From: Gemmatimonas sp.
GTDB lineage: Bacteria > Gemmatimonadota > Gemmatimonadetes > Gemmatimonadales > Gemmatimonadaceae
Direction of reading: 5' to 3'
DNA length: 64,000 nucleotides
Assembly: GCA_031414535.1 (NCBI GenBank)
Contig: JANNVQ010000014.1
Location: 64,001-128,000, forward strand
The translations under genes and the position numbers were made by a program. This document shows positions 30,042-40,644 of the stretch, in pieces (the stretch's first letter is position 1; each line of letters starts with the position of its first letter). The notes below the pieces were generated by a model. The model saw only the letters and a program-made list of their open reading frames with translations, made no database searches and was not told the origin of the DNA.

Positions 30042-32104
30042 TGCACGCGACGCAGGCGGACGGCCTGCCCACCGCCGGACGCCATGCGCATCGTGAGTGA
30101 CTGCGTGTTGTCCACCTCGCGACTGCTGATTGACACGGCGGTCGGATTATCGCGCCAGTGTGCCTCGGGGCCATCAGCATAGAGCTCAGCGACCCATCGG
30201 CCTGCCGGCAGAAAATTCAGCGGCACTGTTACAGTGCGCGCTTCTTCGTCGCTAATGCCGCCCACGAACCATTCGTCGCGTCCCTTGGCCTTGCGCGCCA
30301 CTACCACCGCGTCGCCGATGGCGGCGTGTAGCACGCGGGTTGTATCCCAGTCCACCGCGACGTCGCGAATGAACTGGAAGGCTGGCTGCCCCTCGTAGTT
30401 CTCTGGGAGGTCGGCCGCCATCTGCACCGGCGAGTACAGCACCACATACAGCGCGAGTTGCTTGGCCAGCGTCGAACGAGGGCGTGCCTCCTCTGCCGTA
30501 CGGGGCCGATTCGTCCCGCTCCGCGACACCGTGAGGTTGAAGATGCCGGGCGTAAAATCCATTGGCCCAGCGAGCATGCGCGTAAAGAAGAGGATGGTCT
30601 CGTGCTCTGGTGGGTTACCGCCTTCGCCGCCCCAAGCGTTGAACTCCATGCCGCGCGAACCCTCGCGCGAAAGCATGTTAGGGAAGGTGCGGCGCTCACC
30701 CGCATCCTTGATGGGCTCGTGCATCACGATGGAGAGCCCGTGGCGTGCGGCGGTCTCCAGCACGCGACGATGGTGCCGCACCATGTACTGTCCCTGATGG
30801 GCGTGACCCAGCCCCTGCACGCTGTCGTTCACATAACCTGTCTTGATGGCCCTGATGCCTAAGCGTGCGTACAGCGCGAACGCTGAATCAAGCTGCCGCT
30901 CGTAGTTCTCAATGAAGGTGGCCGTTTCGTTGTGCATGATGAGCTGCACACCGCGCTCGCGAGCGTACGCGGCGAGGCCAGGGAGGTCGTAGTCCGGATA
31001 GGGCTCGGTGAAGGAGAACTGATGCCCGGTCTGCATCCAGTTGCCGTCCCAGCCGAGGTTCCAACCTTCCACGAGTGTGCCGCCTAAGCCATTGGCGGCC
31101 GCGTGATCGAGATAGCGCCGCGTGTTGGCCGTCGTGGCGCCGTGCAGCGCGCCGCTCGACCAGGTCATGGTGTTCACGTGCATGCCCCACCAGATACCGT
31201 TGTACTTCATTGGGGTAATCCAACGAGTATCGGCAATGCGGCTGGGCGGATTGAGCTTCAGCGTAAGCAGTGACGGCGCGAGGTCAACTGCCCTATCCGC
31301 GAGCTGCACCGTGCGCCAAGGCGTGGTGAATCCACCGCGTCCCTTCACCGCCGAGCCATCGCGCCACCGCGCCAACTCAACACGCAGGGTGCGGGACTCC
31401 GAGCGACCACGCAGGTACATGCCGGCATAGTCCACGAGGTCCGCCTCGTGAATCACCGCGTGTACTCCGGAGGCGCCCACCAAAGTGAGAGGCGTGTGTA
31501 CCAGCCCGAGCTTGCTCACCGGCCCTGACGAGTAGAGCATCTCCTGACGGTCCGGCGAGGGCACGTCGGCGGGCGCCCACCAGGCCTTCATGTCCTCAGC
31601 GAGCGCGAACTCCGTGAGTTCATCCATCATCTCGAACTCGCCGATGGACCCTTGCTGCGGGACTTCGTAGCGAATGGCCACGCCATCATCAAAGGCCCGC
31701 AACACGACGACAAACTCACGACGCGGGGCCGCACGCTCGGCGACCCGTACCCGCAATTCACGATGCACATCGCGCACTTCGCGCTGCTCACCCCAAGGCA
31801 GCGTGAAGCGCTCAGCGTGTTCGCGGCGCTCCTGCCCGACAATCGCGAGGCCACTGTCAATCGCGGGGGCGTTACGAAACGTGAATCCGAGCCGTGAGGG
31901 GACGAGTACAGCCCTCCCGTCTCGCGAGACGCTCCACGTGATTCGCCCGGCGCGCTCGTCCACTGCAATGACGTTGCGGCCGTCTGGGGAACTCAGCTGC
32001 TGCACGGTACCCTGCGCCAAAAGGCCACGCGGAGCTGCCCCGAGCGCGACAGCAAATGAGAGAAACGCAATGCTGAGGCAACGAGGACGAGTGCGCGAGA
32101 ACAT
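30038..32104 (-). CDS. susB: GH97 alpha-glucosidase (SusB-like)
   Basis: Signal peptide; SSPDG, TPWRT, KYNGIWWGMH, VEGWN, HNET, REGSRGME, FTRMLAGPMDFTPG, QMAADLPENY. Confidence 0.9.
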   Translation of the reverse strand: MFSRTRPRCLSIAFLSFAVALGAAPRGLLAQGTVQQLSSPDGRNVIAVDERAGRITWSVSRDGRAVLVPSRLGFTFRNAPAIDSGLAIVGQERREHAERFTLPWGEQREVRDVHRELRVRVAERAAPRREFVVVLRAFDDGVAIRYEVPQQGSIGEFEMMDELTEFALAEDMKAWWAPADVPSPDRQEMLYSSGPVSKLGLVHTPLTLVGASGVHAVIHEADLVDYAGMYLRGRSESRTLRVELARWRDGSAVKGRGGFTTPWRTVQLADRAVDLAPSLLTLKLNPPSRIADTRWITPMKYNGIWWGMHVNTMTWSSGALHGATTANTRRYLDHAAANGLGGTLVEGWNLGWDGNWMQTGHQFSFTEPYPDYDLPGLAAYARERGVQLIMHNETATFIENYERQLDSAFALYARLGIRAIKTGYVNDSVQGLGHAHQGQYMVRHHRRVLETAARHGLSIVMHEPIKDAGERRTFPNMLSREGSRGMEFNAWGGEGGNPPEHETILFFTRMLAGPMDFTPGIFNLTVSRSGTNRPRTAEEARPRSTLAKQLALYVVLYSPVQMAADLPENYEGQPAFQFIRDVAVDWDTTRVLHAAIGDAVVVARKAKGRDEWFVGGISDEEARTVTVPLNFLPAGRWVAELYADGPEAHWRDNPTAVSISSREVDNTQSLTMRMASGGGQAVRLRRVQ

Positions 32105-33651
32105 CAGGGACTGTCTCCGACGAGTAGGACCAGCGCCGAGCGAGCCGGCAATGAGAGCGTGACGCTTCCGTTGGCTGCCACCGTGTGCGTGCTGCCTGCG
32201 CAGCTGCCACCAACGCGGCCGCCACTGAGTAAATCACAGTAGTTGCCTGCTGGCAACGCGGTGGGAATGGTGGCGTTCACCACGCTCGTCGCATTGTTGA
32301 TGGCGACGAAGCCGAGAGCGCCCCGCGAGAATGCGACGGCATGTTGGCCGTCGTTCCAGGTCTGCGTCTGGGCAGTGCCATTCACCGCAATCCGGAAGCG
32401 AAGCATCTGACGCAACCACGGATCACGATGCTCGCAGGCCCAGACGCCGACCGGCGCCGTGGCTGGATCGGCGGTGCACACCTGACCGGTGGTGGCGCCG
32501 CCCCCGCCCACCGGGGGGCCAGCGTCGCGCCCAGCCTGAGAACTTGGCTCAAACGTGAACCCCGACATCACCATCGGATACCCGTAGGGCTGCGCGAGAA
32601 GAAATACGTTGGCGATACGCGCCATCGGGCCATCCGACCAACGGAGGCCACCCGAGCGCTGGGTGTCGTGGTTCTGGAGGAAGATCATGCCTTTGTTGGA
32701 CGGCATCAATCCCCAAGAGCCTTCACCGAAGGTGGCGAGTTCACTCACGCGCTGGCCGCCGACGCCGAGAAACTTGTTGTTGATGCCGGTTGCCTTGAAC
32801 TCCGAAATGTCCGCGCCGCCACCGCTCGCGAAGCCAAGTCCGTAGTAGTCGCTACGTGAGACCGCCTCGCCGCCGTAGTCAATGACTTCGAGGAAGAAGT
32901 AGGGACGCGGAAGTGCTTCGGCGACGAGCGTGCGGTTTACGAGGGTGACGATGGAATCCAGCTCCACCGGTTGGATGTGCTTGGCTGCGTCAATGCGGAA
33001 GCCGGCGACTCCAAGGCGCGACAGACTCAGGAGATAGTCAGCAATCTTTTGCTGAACTGATCGAGAGCCCGTGCGAAGGTCTGAAAGACCAACCAGTTCG
33101 CAGTCCTGCACCTGCACCACATTACTCCAGTTCTCGATCCCGCAGGGCGTATGGAAGTCTGCAGCCGTGTAGAGTCCGGGATACGAGTACTTGGTGAAGA
33201 CCGTGCCGTTGGTTCCGGTCCCGCTGGTGGCCGTCATATGATTGATGACGGCATCCACATAGATGTCCACGCCAGCCGTCGCGCAGCGACTCACCATATC
33301 GGTGAACTGCGCACGCGTACCGGAGCGGGACTGGGCAATGCTATAGCTCACAGGTTGGTAGCGCGTCCACCAGGTGCCACCGGCGATGTGCTCCTGCGGG
33401 GGCGACACCAAGGCCGCGTGATAACCCATCGGACCGAGCTGCAATTCGCACTCGCGTGCCACGTCCGTCCACGACCAATCAAACAGCTGTACCGCAACCG
33501 CTCCACTGGCTGCAAGCCCAGTCGGCGTATAGGTCTGTGGCAGGGTCGGCCGCGGGGGGATCACAGGGTTTATGCCAGTCCCGAGTGGAGTTTTCTCGGT
33601 GCAGGCAAGCAAGAATACCGTGAGGATGAGCAGCGTACGAAAGCGGGCCAT
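32104..33651 (-). CDS. Lipoprotein alpha-amylase (GH13, actinobacterial/animal-like)
   Basis: Lipobox LLAC after ATG 33651; WWTRYQPVSY, DAVINHM, GFRIDAAKH, FLEVID, NHDTQR. Confidence 0.9.
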   Translation of the reverse strand: MARFRTLLILTVFLLACTEKTPLGTGINPVIPPRPTLPQTYTPTGLAASGAVAVQLFDWSWTDVARECELQLGPMGYHAALVSPPQEHIAGGTWWTRYQPVSYSIAQSRSGTRAQFTDMVSRCATAGVDIYVDAVINHMTATSGTGTNGTVFTKYSYPGLYTAADFHTPCGIENWSNVVQVQDCELVGLSDLRTGSRSVQQKIADYLLSLSRLGVAGFRIDAAKHIQPVELDSIVTLVNRTLVAEALPRPYFFLEVIDYGGEAVSRSDYYGLGFASGGGADISEFKATGINNKFLGVGGQRVSELATFGEGSWGLMPSNKGMIFLQNHDTQRSGGLRWSDGPMARIANVFLLAQPYGYPMVMSGFTFEPSSQAGRDAGPPVGGGGATTGQVCTADPATAPVGVWACEHRDPWLRQMLRFRIAVNGTAQTQTWNDGQHAVAFSRGALGFVAINNATSVVNATIPTALPAGNYCDLLSGGRVGGSCAGSTHTVAANGSVTLSLPARSALVLLVGDSP

Positions 33652-33733
33652 GCGCAGTCTGGAAAAAGCGACACGCGCCCGGCCCGAGACTGTCTCGGGC
33701 CCGAGCGCGTGTGCTAGGGACAATGGTGCCGGC

Positions 33734-35314
33734 TTAGTAGCCGGTGTTCTGCGTCAGCTTGCGGTTCGCGATCAACTCGCTCGCCGGCAGCGGGTAGAGC
33801 GCGCGGAAGGCAGCCGTGGTGGCACCAGCCGCCACGTCACCCTTGAAGGTCCAGATCTTGGTCGCGCCAGTGAAAAGACCGAAGCGAATCAGGTCTTGGC
33901 GGCGATGACCTTCCATGTACAGCTCACGCGCACGCTCGTCGAGGACGAAGGCGAGCGTCAACTGCGGTGCCGTGATATTGCCTGTGGCGTTGCCGTAGGC
34001 ACGCTGGCGCAAGGCGTTGACATAGGTAAGCGCCTGCGCCGCCGTGCCACCACCGCCACGCAAATTGAGCTCGGCGTACATCAGGTACACGTCACCGAGG
34101 CGGAACATTGGCACGTCGGTATCCACGAACTCCTGGTCGGACCCAGCCGCGCCACCCGTGGTGCGGTTGGTGTACTTCGGAGCCGCAGTACCCTGCTGAA
34201 AGTCCTGCATGTTGGTGATGTTCGGCTGATTCATGTTAGCCCAGAACACGGCACGAGCATCCACCGCACCGGCACCAATGCTCGGGAACAGCGCGCGCGT
34301 CTCAGGACGCATGCGCAGGCCCCACCACGCGAAGTTCAGACCGAAATCGCCAGCGTTGAGCGGACCGCCCACATTGGCGTGCGCCAAAAACGTCGTACCG
34401 CCGTAGTTGCGCATCCGCATACCGTCCTGCGGAATGGCGAAGATGAGCTCGGGCGAGTTCTGGTTGTCGGCTGAGAACATGCGGCGGTAGTTCGCGTCAA
34501 GCGAGTAGGCACCGCTGGCAATGATGCTCTGCACTTCCGTCATCGCGGCCGTGTAGTTCGGCGTTCCGACGTAGGTACCGGCATTCATGTACACCTTCGC
34601 GAGAATCATCGCGATGGTGCCCTGATCGAAGCGGCCGTACTCCGCCGCGCCGATGGCCGGCAGGTCAGGACGCACAGCAATCAGTTCGCTGACGATGAAG
34701 TCATAGATCTGCTGCTTGGTCGCCTGGGCCGGCGCCTCGGACACCGAGGTGTTCTCGGTCACGAGCGGAACGGCGCCAAAGAGATCGAGCGCATGCCAGT
34801 AGCTGAGCGCACGCAGGGCACGAGCTTCCGCCCGGTACTGCGCAATCTCAGGACGGGTGCCCGCAGGCACGCCGCGCTGGTCGAGCTTGGACGTCGTGGT
34901 CTCACGCAACAGCACGTTGGCCATTGCGACCTGGAAGAACGCGCGGTAGTACATCGCGCCCAGGAAAGGGTTGGACGAAGACCAGAGCTGCGTGTTCAAC
35001 TCGGTAAGGGCTTGGTCGCCCCACGCGATGATGGCGTCGTCGGTTGGCAGCGTCTGCATCTGCCAGTAGAGGCGCCAGTACTGCGAGAAACCTTCGTCAA
35101 TGCCGGCGATGTCGGGATCGCCGCAGCAGCCTTGCTGGCCGGTGACGGCGAGACCCGCGTACACCTTGGCAATGAGCGAACGGTAGGCCGCAACCTCGGT
35201 AAAGACGGTCTCGGAGTTGATCGTGGACTTCGGGGACAGCGTGAGATCGGTGCACGCCGAGCCCACGAAGAGCGCGACGACTGCAGCCAGCGTACTACGA
35301 ATGATGCGCTTCAT
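33734..35314 (-). CDS. susD: SusD/RagB glycan-binding lipoprotein
   Basis: Lipobox GSAC; EARALRALSYW, FRLGDVYLMYAE, DERARELYMEGHRRQDLIRFG, QNTGY C-terminus. Confidence 0.93.
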   Translation of the reverse strand: MKRIIRSTLAAVVALFVGSACTDLTLSPKSTINSETVFTEVAAYRSLIAKVYAGLAVTGQQGCCGDPDIAGIDEGFSQYWRLYWQMQTLPTDDAIIAWGDQALTELNTQLWSSSNPFLGAMYYRAFFQVAMANVLLRETTTSKLDQRGVPAGTRPEIAQYRAEARALRALSYWHALDLFGAVPLVTENTSVSEAPAQATKQQIYDFIVSELIAVRPDLPAIGAAEYGRFDQGTIAMILAKVYMNAGTYVGTPNYTAAMTEVQSIIASGAYSLDANYRRMFSADNQNSPELIFAIPQDGMRMRNYGGTTFLAHANVGGPLNAGDFGLNFAWWGLRMRPETRALFPSIGAGAVDARAVFWANMNQPNITNMQDFQQGTAAPKYTNRTTGGAAGSDQEFVDTDVPMFRLGDVYLMYAELNLRGGGGTAAQALTYVNALRQRAYGNATGNITAPQLTLAFVLDERARELYMEGHRRQDLIRFGLFTGATKIWTFKGDVAAGATTAAFRALYPLPASELIANRKLTQNTGY

Positions 35315-35335
35315 GAGTTCGTGGGGGTGAGAGGA

Positions 35336-38308
35336 TTAGAACGCGAGGCTCAACCCAGCGGTCACAGTGCGCGACAGCGGGAAGAGGTTGTTGTCGATAC
35401 CGTTCACGCCGGCGAGCGGATCCACGCCGGAGTAGCCGGAGAAGGTGAACACGTTCTGCATGGCGCCAAAGACGCGCACCGAGCGCGCACCCATCAGGCG
35501 GTCGAACGTGTACGCCGCGGAAATGTTGTCGAGGCGCAAGAAGGACGCATCCTCAACGTAGTAGTCCGAGAAGTACTGCGGGTTCACGAAGCCAGTCTCG
35601 AGTACCGAGGCGTGACGATTGCCCGGGGCATTGGTCTGCGTGAGGCCAGAGAAGTGGCCGAGGTTGGAGGCCACGTTGTTGTAGACGTGGTTGCCCAAGT
35701 ACGCACGAGCCGTGGCCGAGAACTCCCAGTTGCCGTAGCTGGCCGTGGAGGTGTGACCGATGATCAGGCGCGGGGCGGGATCCTTGTAGGCCCGCAGGTC
35801 GTCCTGGTTGATGATGCCGTCGGCGTTCTGGTCCACGTAGCGATCGAGATCCGTCGGACCGTTGACCGGCTGGCCATTGGCACCCTTGATGTGCTCGTAC
35901 ACGAAGAACGAGTTGAGCGCCGAACCCGGCTGCAGCACCTGGATGCGGCTACCGACGCCGCCCGCGATGCCGCCCGTAAGAATCCGGTCAGTCTCGGCGG
36001 CCGAGATCGACGTGATCTCGTTCCGGTTGGTAGAGATGGCGAAGCCGGCGTCATAACCCCAGCCGCCGTTGCGCCCTTCGAGCACCAACCACGAGAGCGA
36101 GAGTTCCACACCACTGTTCTTCATCGAGCCGATGTTGGTCGTCACGAAGTTGCCGGTGGTGGTGCCGGCAGGAACCGGGACCGAGAAGATCAGGTCGTCG
36201 GTTTCCTTGTTATAGATGTCGAGCGCGCCGGTCAGGCGATCATTGAAGAACCCGAAATCGAGACCGACGTTGTTGGCCGTGGTGCGCTCCCACTTGATGT
36301 TGGGATCAACCGCGCTCGGACGAAGCGTGCTCACGAACTGGTTGCCGAACTGGTAGGTGGCCTGTGCGCCGCCCGGGGTGTAGGTGGGCACGTACAGGTA
36401 GTTGCCAAACGATTGATTACCGTTCACGCCCCACGAGTAGCGGAGCTTGAGGTCCGAGATGTTGCGCGTGGACGGGAACCAGTTCTCGTCACGAATGCGC
36501 CAGCCAGCCGCGAATGAGGGGAAGGTGCCCCACTGATTGTCGGGGCCGAAGCGCGACGAACCGTCACGACGTAAGCTGACCGTGGCGTAGTAGCGCTCAC
36601 GGAAGGTCCAGTTGGCGCGGGCGAAGAACGAGATGAGGCGGGACTCCTCAACCGACAACGACGGGCGGGTCTCGCCGGCCAGCGGAATGCCGTTCGGTCC
36701 GAGCAGGTCCGTCGACAGGTCCTCGGCGAAGAACGAGGCATAGTCACCATTCTGCTCTTCGAAGGTGTAACCGGAAGTCAGGTCGAGGCGGCTCTCGAGG
36801 CTGGCGAACTGCCTGTTGAAGTTACCGAACACTTCCAGCAAGGTATTCACCTGACGCGGCGTGTTGCGATCGAGGCGGCCAGTGCGGCCCGTCTCGATGT
36901 CACCCTGCGCCGTGCTCGGAGAGAACGACGTACGCGACGAGGTGGCGTAGTCATAACCGGAGCGCAGTGTGCCGGTGAGCCCTTCAATCTGGCGGAAGTA
37001 CCACTTGGCTTCGATGTTGCCGACGCTACGGAAGGTGCTGCCTTCGTCGGACAACAACGCCAGGTCGGACAAGGGGTTGTTCGGTCCGAGCGGATTCGTG
37101 TACTGGAAGTAGCTGCCCGCAGTGAGCGGCGCCTGAGTCGGGTCCATCGAGACCGCATTGCCGAGCGTACCGCCAGGCGAGTACAGGTCGGAGTTGCGCG
37201 TGCCCTTGAAGTTGGCGCTCAGTTCGAGACGGTCATCGAGTAGCACGTCGCGATAGCTGGCCGAACCGGAGACGCGCTGAGTGTTGGTTCCTGCCAGAAT
37301 GCCATCCTGATTGAGCAGGCCGAGCGACAGGCGGTAGCGCATGTCTTCCTTGGCACCCGAGGCGGCGAAGTTATGCTCCGCACCGCCCGCCGTGCGCGTC
37401 ACGAGATCGAGCCAATTCGTGTTCGCGCTGCCGAGGGTTCCCACGTTGGCCGGTGCATTGGCCGTCACTGCAGCGCGGAACTGATCTGCCGTCAGGAGGT
37501 CTGGACGGTTGGCGATGCTCGAAGACGAGAAACTATTGGAGTACGTGAAGGCCGGCTCCGTGGAGGAACCCGACTTCGTCGTAATGAGCACCACGCCATT
37601 CGCGCCGCGCGAGCCGTAGATGGCCGTCGCCGATGCGTCGCGGAGCACCGTCACTTCCTTAATATCGTTCGGGTTCAGGAAGTTGAGCGGGTTACGGCCG
37701 GAGGAGAGGCCGCCACCGACGTTGAGCGGCACACCGTCAATGACGAAGAGCGGCTCGTTGGAAGCATTTACAGAGGTACCGCCGCGGATGCGGATGGAGA
37801 TACCGCCGCCCGGCTCGTTGTTATCGATAACCTGAACACCCGGCACCTTCGCCGTGATGAGCTGTTCGGCGCTGACCACGCGGCCGACGTTGAACTTGTC
37901 GGGGGTGATGGCCGCCACGGTGCCGGTCGCATTGCGCACATCCTGCGTGCCGTAACCGATCACCGTCACGCCCAAAACCTGCAGCGCGGTCGTGCGGAGC
38001 CGGAAGCTGAGCGTAACCGTCGCGCCTTCGGCGACAACGACGTTTGCGGCCGAATCCGGCGCGTAGCCGAGCCGGCGCACGACCACGGTGTAAGTGCCGG
38101 CGTCCACAGGCACGGAGAAGCGACCGTCGTCGCGCGTCTGCCCGACACGACGAACCCCGGTGCCGCGGACTTCAACTTCCGCCGCGACAATCGGGGTTCC
38201 GCCTTCCGCCGCGAACACGGTACCGACGATTCGAGAAGAAGATTGTGCGAGCGCAGGTTCGCTCGCACAGAGCACTGCGATCAGCGCAAAGACGCCGTAC
38301 CGCTTCAT
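35336..38308 (-). CDS. susC: SusC/RagA TonB-dependent outer-membrane transporter
   Basis: IRIRGGTS, NEPLFVIDG, LNPNDI..VLRDASATAIYGSRGANGV, RRDGSSRFG, KWE, EDASFLRL, terminal Phe. ATG 38308 with GGAG RBS. Confidence 0.95.
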   Translation of the reverse strand: MKRYGVFALIAVLCASEPALAQSSSRIVGTVFAAEGGTPIVAAEVEVRGTGVRRVGQTRDDGRFSVPVDAGTYTVVVRRLGYAPDSAANVVVAEGATVTLSFRLRTTALQVLGVTVIGYGTQDVRNATGTVAAITPDKFNVGRVVSAEQLITAKVPGVQVIDNNEPGGGISIRIRGGTSVNASNEPLFVIDGVPLNVGGGLSSGRNPLNFLNPNDIKEVTVLRDASATAIYGSRGANGVVLITTKSGSSTEPAFTYSNSFSSSSIANRPDLLTADQFRAAVTANAPANVGTLGSANTNWLDLVTRTAGGAEHNFAASGAKEDMRYRLSLGLLNQDGILAGTNTQRVSGSASYRDVLLDDRLELSANFKGTRNSDLYSPGGTLGNAVSMDPTQAPLTAGSYFQYTNPLGPNNPLSDLALLSDEGSTFRSVGNIEAKWYFRQIEGLTGTLRSGYDYATSSRTSFSPSTAQGDIETGRTGRLDRNTPRQVNTLLEVFGNFNRQFASLESRLDLTSGYTFEEQNGDYASFFAEDLSTDLLGPNGIPLAGETRPSLSVEESRLISFFARANWTFRERYYATVSLRRDGSSRFGPDNQWGTFPSFAAGWRIRDENWFPSTRNISDLKLRYSWGVNGNQSFGNYLYVPTYTPGGAQATYQFGNQFVSTLRPSAVDPNIKWERTTANNVGLDFGFFNDRLTGALDIYNKETDDLIFSVPVPAGTTTGNFVTTNIGSMKNSGVELSLSWLVLEGRNGGWGYDAGFAISTNRNEITSISAAETDRILTGGIAGGVGSRIQVLQPGSALNSFFVYEHIKGANGQPVNGPTDLDRYVDQNADGIINQDDLRAYKDPAPRLIIGHTSTASYGNWEFSATARAYLGNHVYNNVASNLGHFSGLTQTNAPGNRHASVLETGFVNPQYFSDYYVEDASFLRLDNISAAYTFDRLMGARSVRVFGAMQNVFTFSGYSGVDPLAGVNGIDNNLFPLSRTVTAGLSLAF

Positions 38309-38395
38309 ACTTGCCACTCCGCTTTAGACTGGTGGGAAGGTGCACTCTTCCACCACCGCACGGAGATGCGCGGAGCGAGACGAGGCGCCTGTTAG

Positions 38396-38424
38396 AAGCT
38401 TCAGCCAAACGCACGTCCTGTCAA
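38396..38424 (-). promoter_or_regulatory. Candidate sigma70-type promoter for the susC operon
   Basis: Perfect TTGACA on the minus strand (38424-38419), 17-nt spacer, weak -10 (AAGCTT). Confidence 0.35.
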
Positions 38425-38476
38425 TATGTCGTAACGAAGTCTCGCTCGTGCTGCTTCAAAACAGGACGCGCGAGTC

Positions 38477-39583
38477 CTATCGGGACGCCGGCCGTGCCCC
38501 GATCGCCCGACGCCGCGGAATCAGCACCCAATAGTCGAACTCCAACACGACGCTCGGGTCGTACTGCCCTTGGTCAGTCTTGTAAGGAAAGGTGGACGCA
38601 GTCCTATCCTTTGTGGCCACACTTCGTACGCGCAACGCGCCCACATCAGCGCGCCCAGGCAACTCGGCGACCTCAAGAATCTCCGACCAGGCGTAGATGG
38701 TGTCGCCGGCGAAGCTGGGGTTCACGTGCCGTCCACCATTGATGCCCACCACGGTAAAGGCGTTCCCGAGCCCACTGAAGCTCAGGGCACGGGCCAGCGA
38801 AATGAGGTGCCCGCCGTACACAATCCGGCGCCCAAACCGGCCCTCGCGCTCGACGTGCAGATTGAAATGGACCTTGGCCGTGTTTTGAAACAGACGCGCG
38901 GCGCCCATATGATCGGCGTCCTCAATGGTCATCGCGTCCACGTGATCAATGCGTTCACCCACCGCATAATCTTCCCAAGCAAACGCCGAGCCCGCGAGCT
39001 CCGCGTCGTACGCACCATCGGCAATCGCGAATGGCGCGTGCAGGGTCTCGGGTGCCACTTGCTCGGGCAGCACCGGAATCACGTCCAATGGAGCCGGTGA
39101 GGCCGCGTCACGCTTACGCACCATAGCCCAGCGCGTGTACTCGCAGACCATATCGCCGCGCTGGTTCTCACCGCGCGAGCGCACCCAGACCACACCGGTC
39201 TGCCCATCCTTGTTGGCCTTCACGCCCAGCACGGTCGAGGTCGTACGGATGGTATCTCCCGGGTACACCGGGACGCCAAAGCGGCCATCGGCGTAGCCGA
39301 GGTTGGCGATGGCGTTGAGCGAGACATCGGGAACGGTTTTTCCGAACACGATATGAAACACGAGTATCGAGTCGAGTGGAGCGCGCGGGCATCCGACGCT
39401 CGCCGCAAACGGCGACGACGAGTTGACCGCGAAGCGCGAACCAAACAGCGACTGATACACAGCCACATCTCCGTCCGTCACCGTGCGCGGCGTGGCGTGC
39501 ACGATGACCTGCCCCGGCGTGAAATCCTCGAAGAAGTTGCCCGCCTGCATCTTCGTCACGGCCTTGTTCACAGTCTTACTCAC
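38477..39583 (-). CDS. mch: Mesaconyl-C1-CoA hydratase (beta-methylmalyl-CoA dehydratase), double MaoC fold
   Basis: [62 protein letters not shown] overlap with mcl. Confidence 0.92.
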   Translation of the reverse strand: MSKTVNKAVTKMQAGNFFEDFTPGQVIVHATPRTVTDGDVAVYQSLFGSRFAVNSSSPFAASVGCPRAPLDSILVFHIVFGKTVPDVSLNAIANLGYADGRFGVPVYPGDTIRTTSTVLGVKANKDGQTGVVWVRSRGENQRGDMVCEYTRWAMVRKRDAASPAPLDVIPVLPEQVAPETLHAPFAIADGAYDAELAGSAFAWEDYAVGERIDHVDAMTIEDADHMGAARLFQNTAKVHFNLHVEREGRFGRRIVYGGHLISLARALSFSGLGNAFTVVGINGGRHVNPSFAGDTIYAWSEILEVAELPGRADVGALRVRSVATKDRTASTFPYKTDQGQYDPSVVLEFDYWVLIPRRRAIGARPASR

Positions 39584-40623
39584 AGCTCGTAGGCCGCGGC
39601 GAGGTCCGGATCCTTCTTGGCCACAAGGCGCGCGAGATCCACCATCACCTTGGCCTGTTTCCAAGTCGCGTCATCCTGCATCTTGCCGTCAATCATCGCC
39701 ACGCCAGAGCCATCCGGCATGGCGTCGAGAATGCGCTTGGCAAACTTCACCTCGCTCACATCAGGGCTGAACACGCGCCGAGCGATCGCGATCTGATTGG
39801 GCGCCAGCGACCAGGCACCCGTGCATCCCATAATGAAGGCGTTCCGGAACTGCGATTCGCAGCCGGCCTCGTCCTTGAGGTCCCCGAAAGGCCCATAGAA
39901 GGCCCGCATACCATATGATTGGCAGGCGTCCACCATCCGAGCCACGGTGTAGTGCCAAAGATCTTGCTGCACAAAAGCACGGGCACTGCCATCGGCGTTG
40001 GGGTCGCCCAGCACTCCATAGAAGGGATGCCCACCGCCAACACGCGTGGTCTTCATCCCGCGCGACGCGGCGAGGTCGGCGGGGCCGAGCGAAAGCCCGT
40101 GCATGCGCGGACTCGCCCCACAAATCTGCTCCACGTTCTTCACCCCTTCGGCGGTCTCGAGCAAAGCGTGAATCAAGATAGGCCGCGTGAGCTTGTACTT
40201 GGCCTCAAGCAGCGCGAGCATTTGGTCCACGAAGTGTATGTCCCAGGGTCCTTCAACCTTGGGAATCATCACGACGTCGAGCTTGTGGCCCGCTTGGCCT
40301 ACAATCTGCTCGAGGTCATCGAGGATCCACGGTGAGTTGAGGCAGTTGACGCGCACCCACAGCGCCGTGCCGCCAAAGTCGTGCTCCAGCGCGGCGGCAA
40401 TGAATCCAGCCCGCGCCGCCGCCTTGTCCTCTACCGGAATGGCGTCCTCGAGGTTGCCGCAGAGCACATCACACTGCTTGGCGAGCTCGGGCAGCTTGGC
40501 GCGGATCTTCTCAAGATGCGGCGGAAAGAAGTGAATCATCCGCTCGGGCCGTACCGGCAAACTCCGCAGCGGTGCCGGCGCGCCGATGGCGAGTGGCTTA
40601 TAGAAATTGTTGGGTAGCTTCAC
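39580..40623 (-). CDS. mcl: Malyl-CoA/beta-methylmalyl-CoA/citramalyl-CoA lyase (Chloroflexus-type)
   Basis: [59 protein letters not shown] and [11 protein letters not shown] match the Chloroflexus Mcl as I recall it. Confidence 0.93.
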   Translation of the reverse strand: MKLPNNFYKPLAIGAPAPLRSLPVRPERMIHFFPPHLEKIRAKLPELAKQCDVLCGNLEDAIPVEDKAAARAGFIAAALEHDFGGTALWVRVNCLNSPWILDDLEQIVGQAGHKLDVVMIPKVEGPWDIHFVDQMLALLEAKYKLTRPILIHALLETAEGVKNVEQICGASPRMHGLSLGPADLAASRGMKTTRVGGGHPFYGVLGDPNADGSARAFVQQDLWHYTVARMVDACQSYGMRAFYGPFGDLKDEAGCESQFRNAFIMGCTGAWSLAPNQIAIARRVFSPDVSEVKFAKRILDAMPDGSGVAMIDGKMQDDATWKQAKVMVDLARLVAKKDPDLAAAYEL

Positions 40624-40644
40624 GTAGTGGCTCTCCAGATTGGA

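Noticed and set aside
33572..38395. Long plus-strand ORFs (300, 574 and 340 aa) opposite susD/susC
   Set aside because: Shadows of strongly biased genes; no independent protein features.
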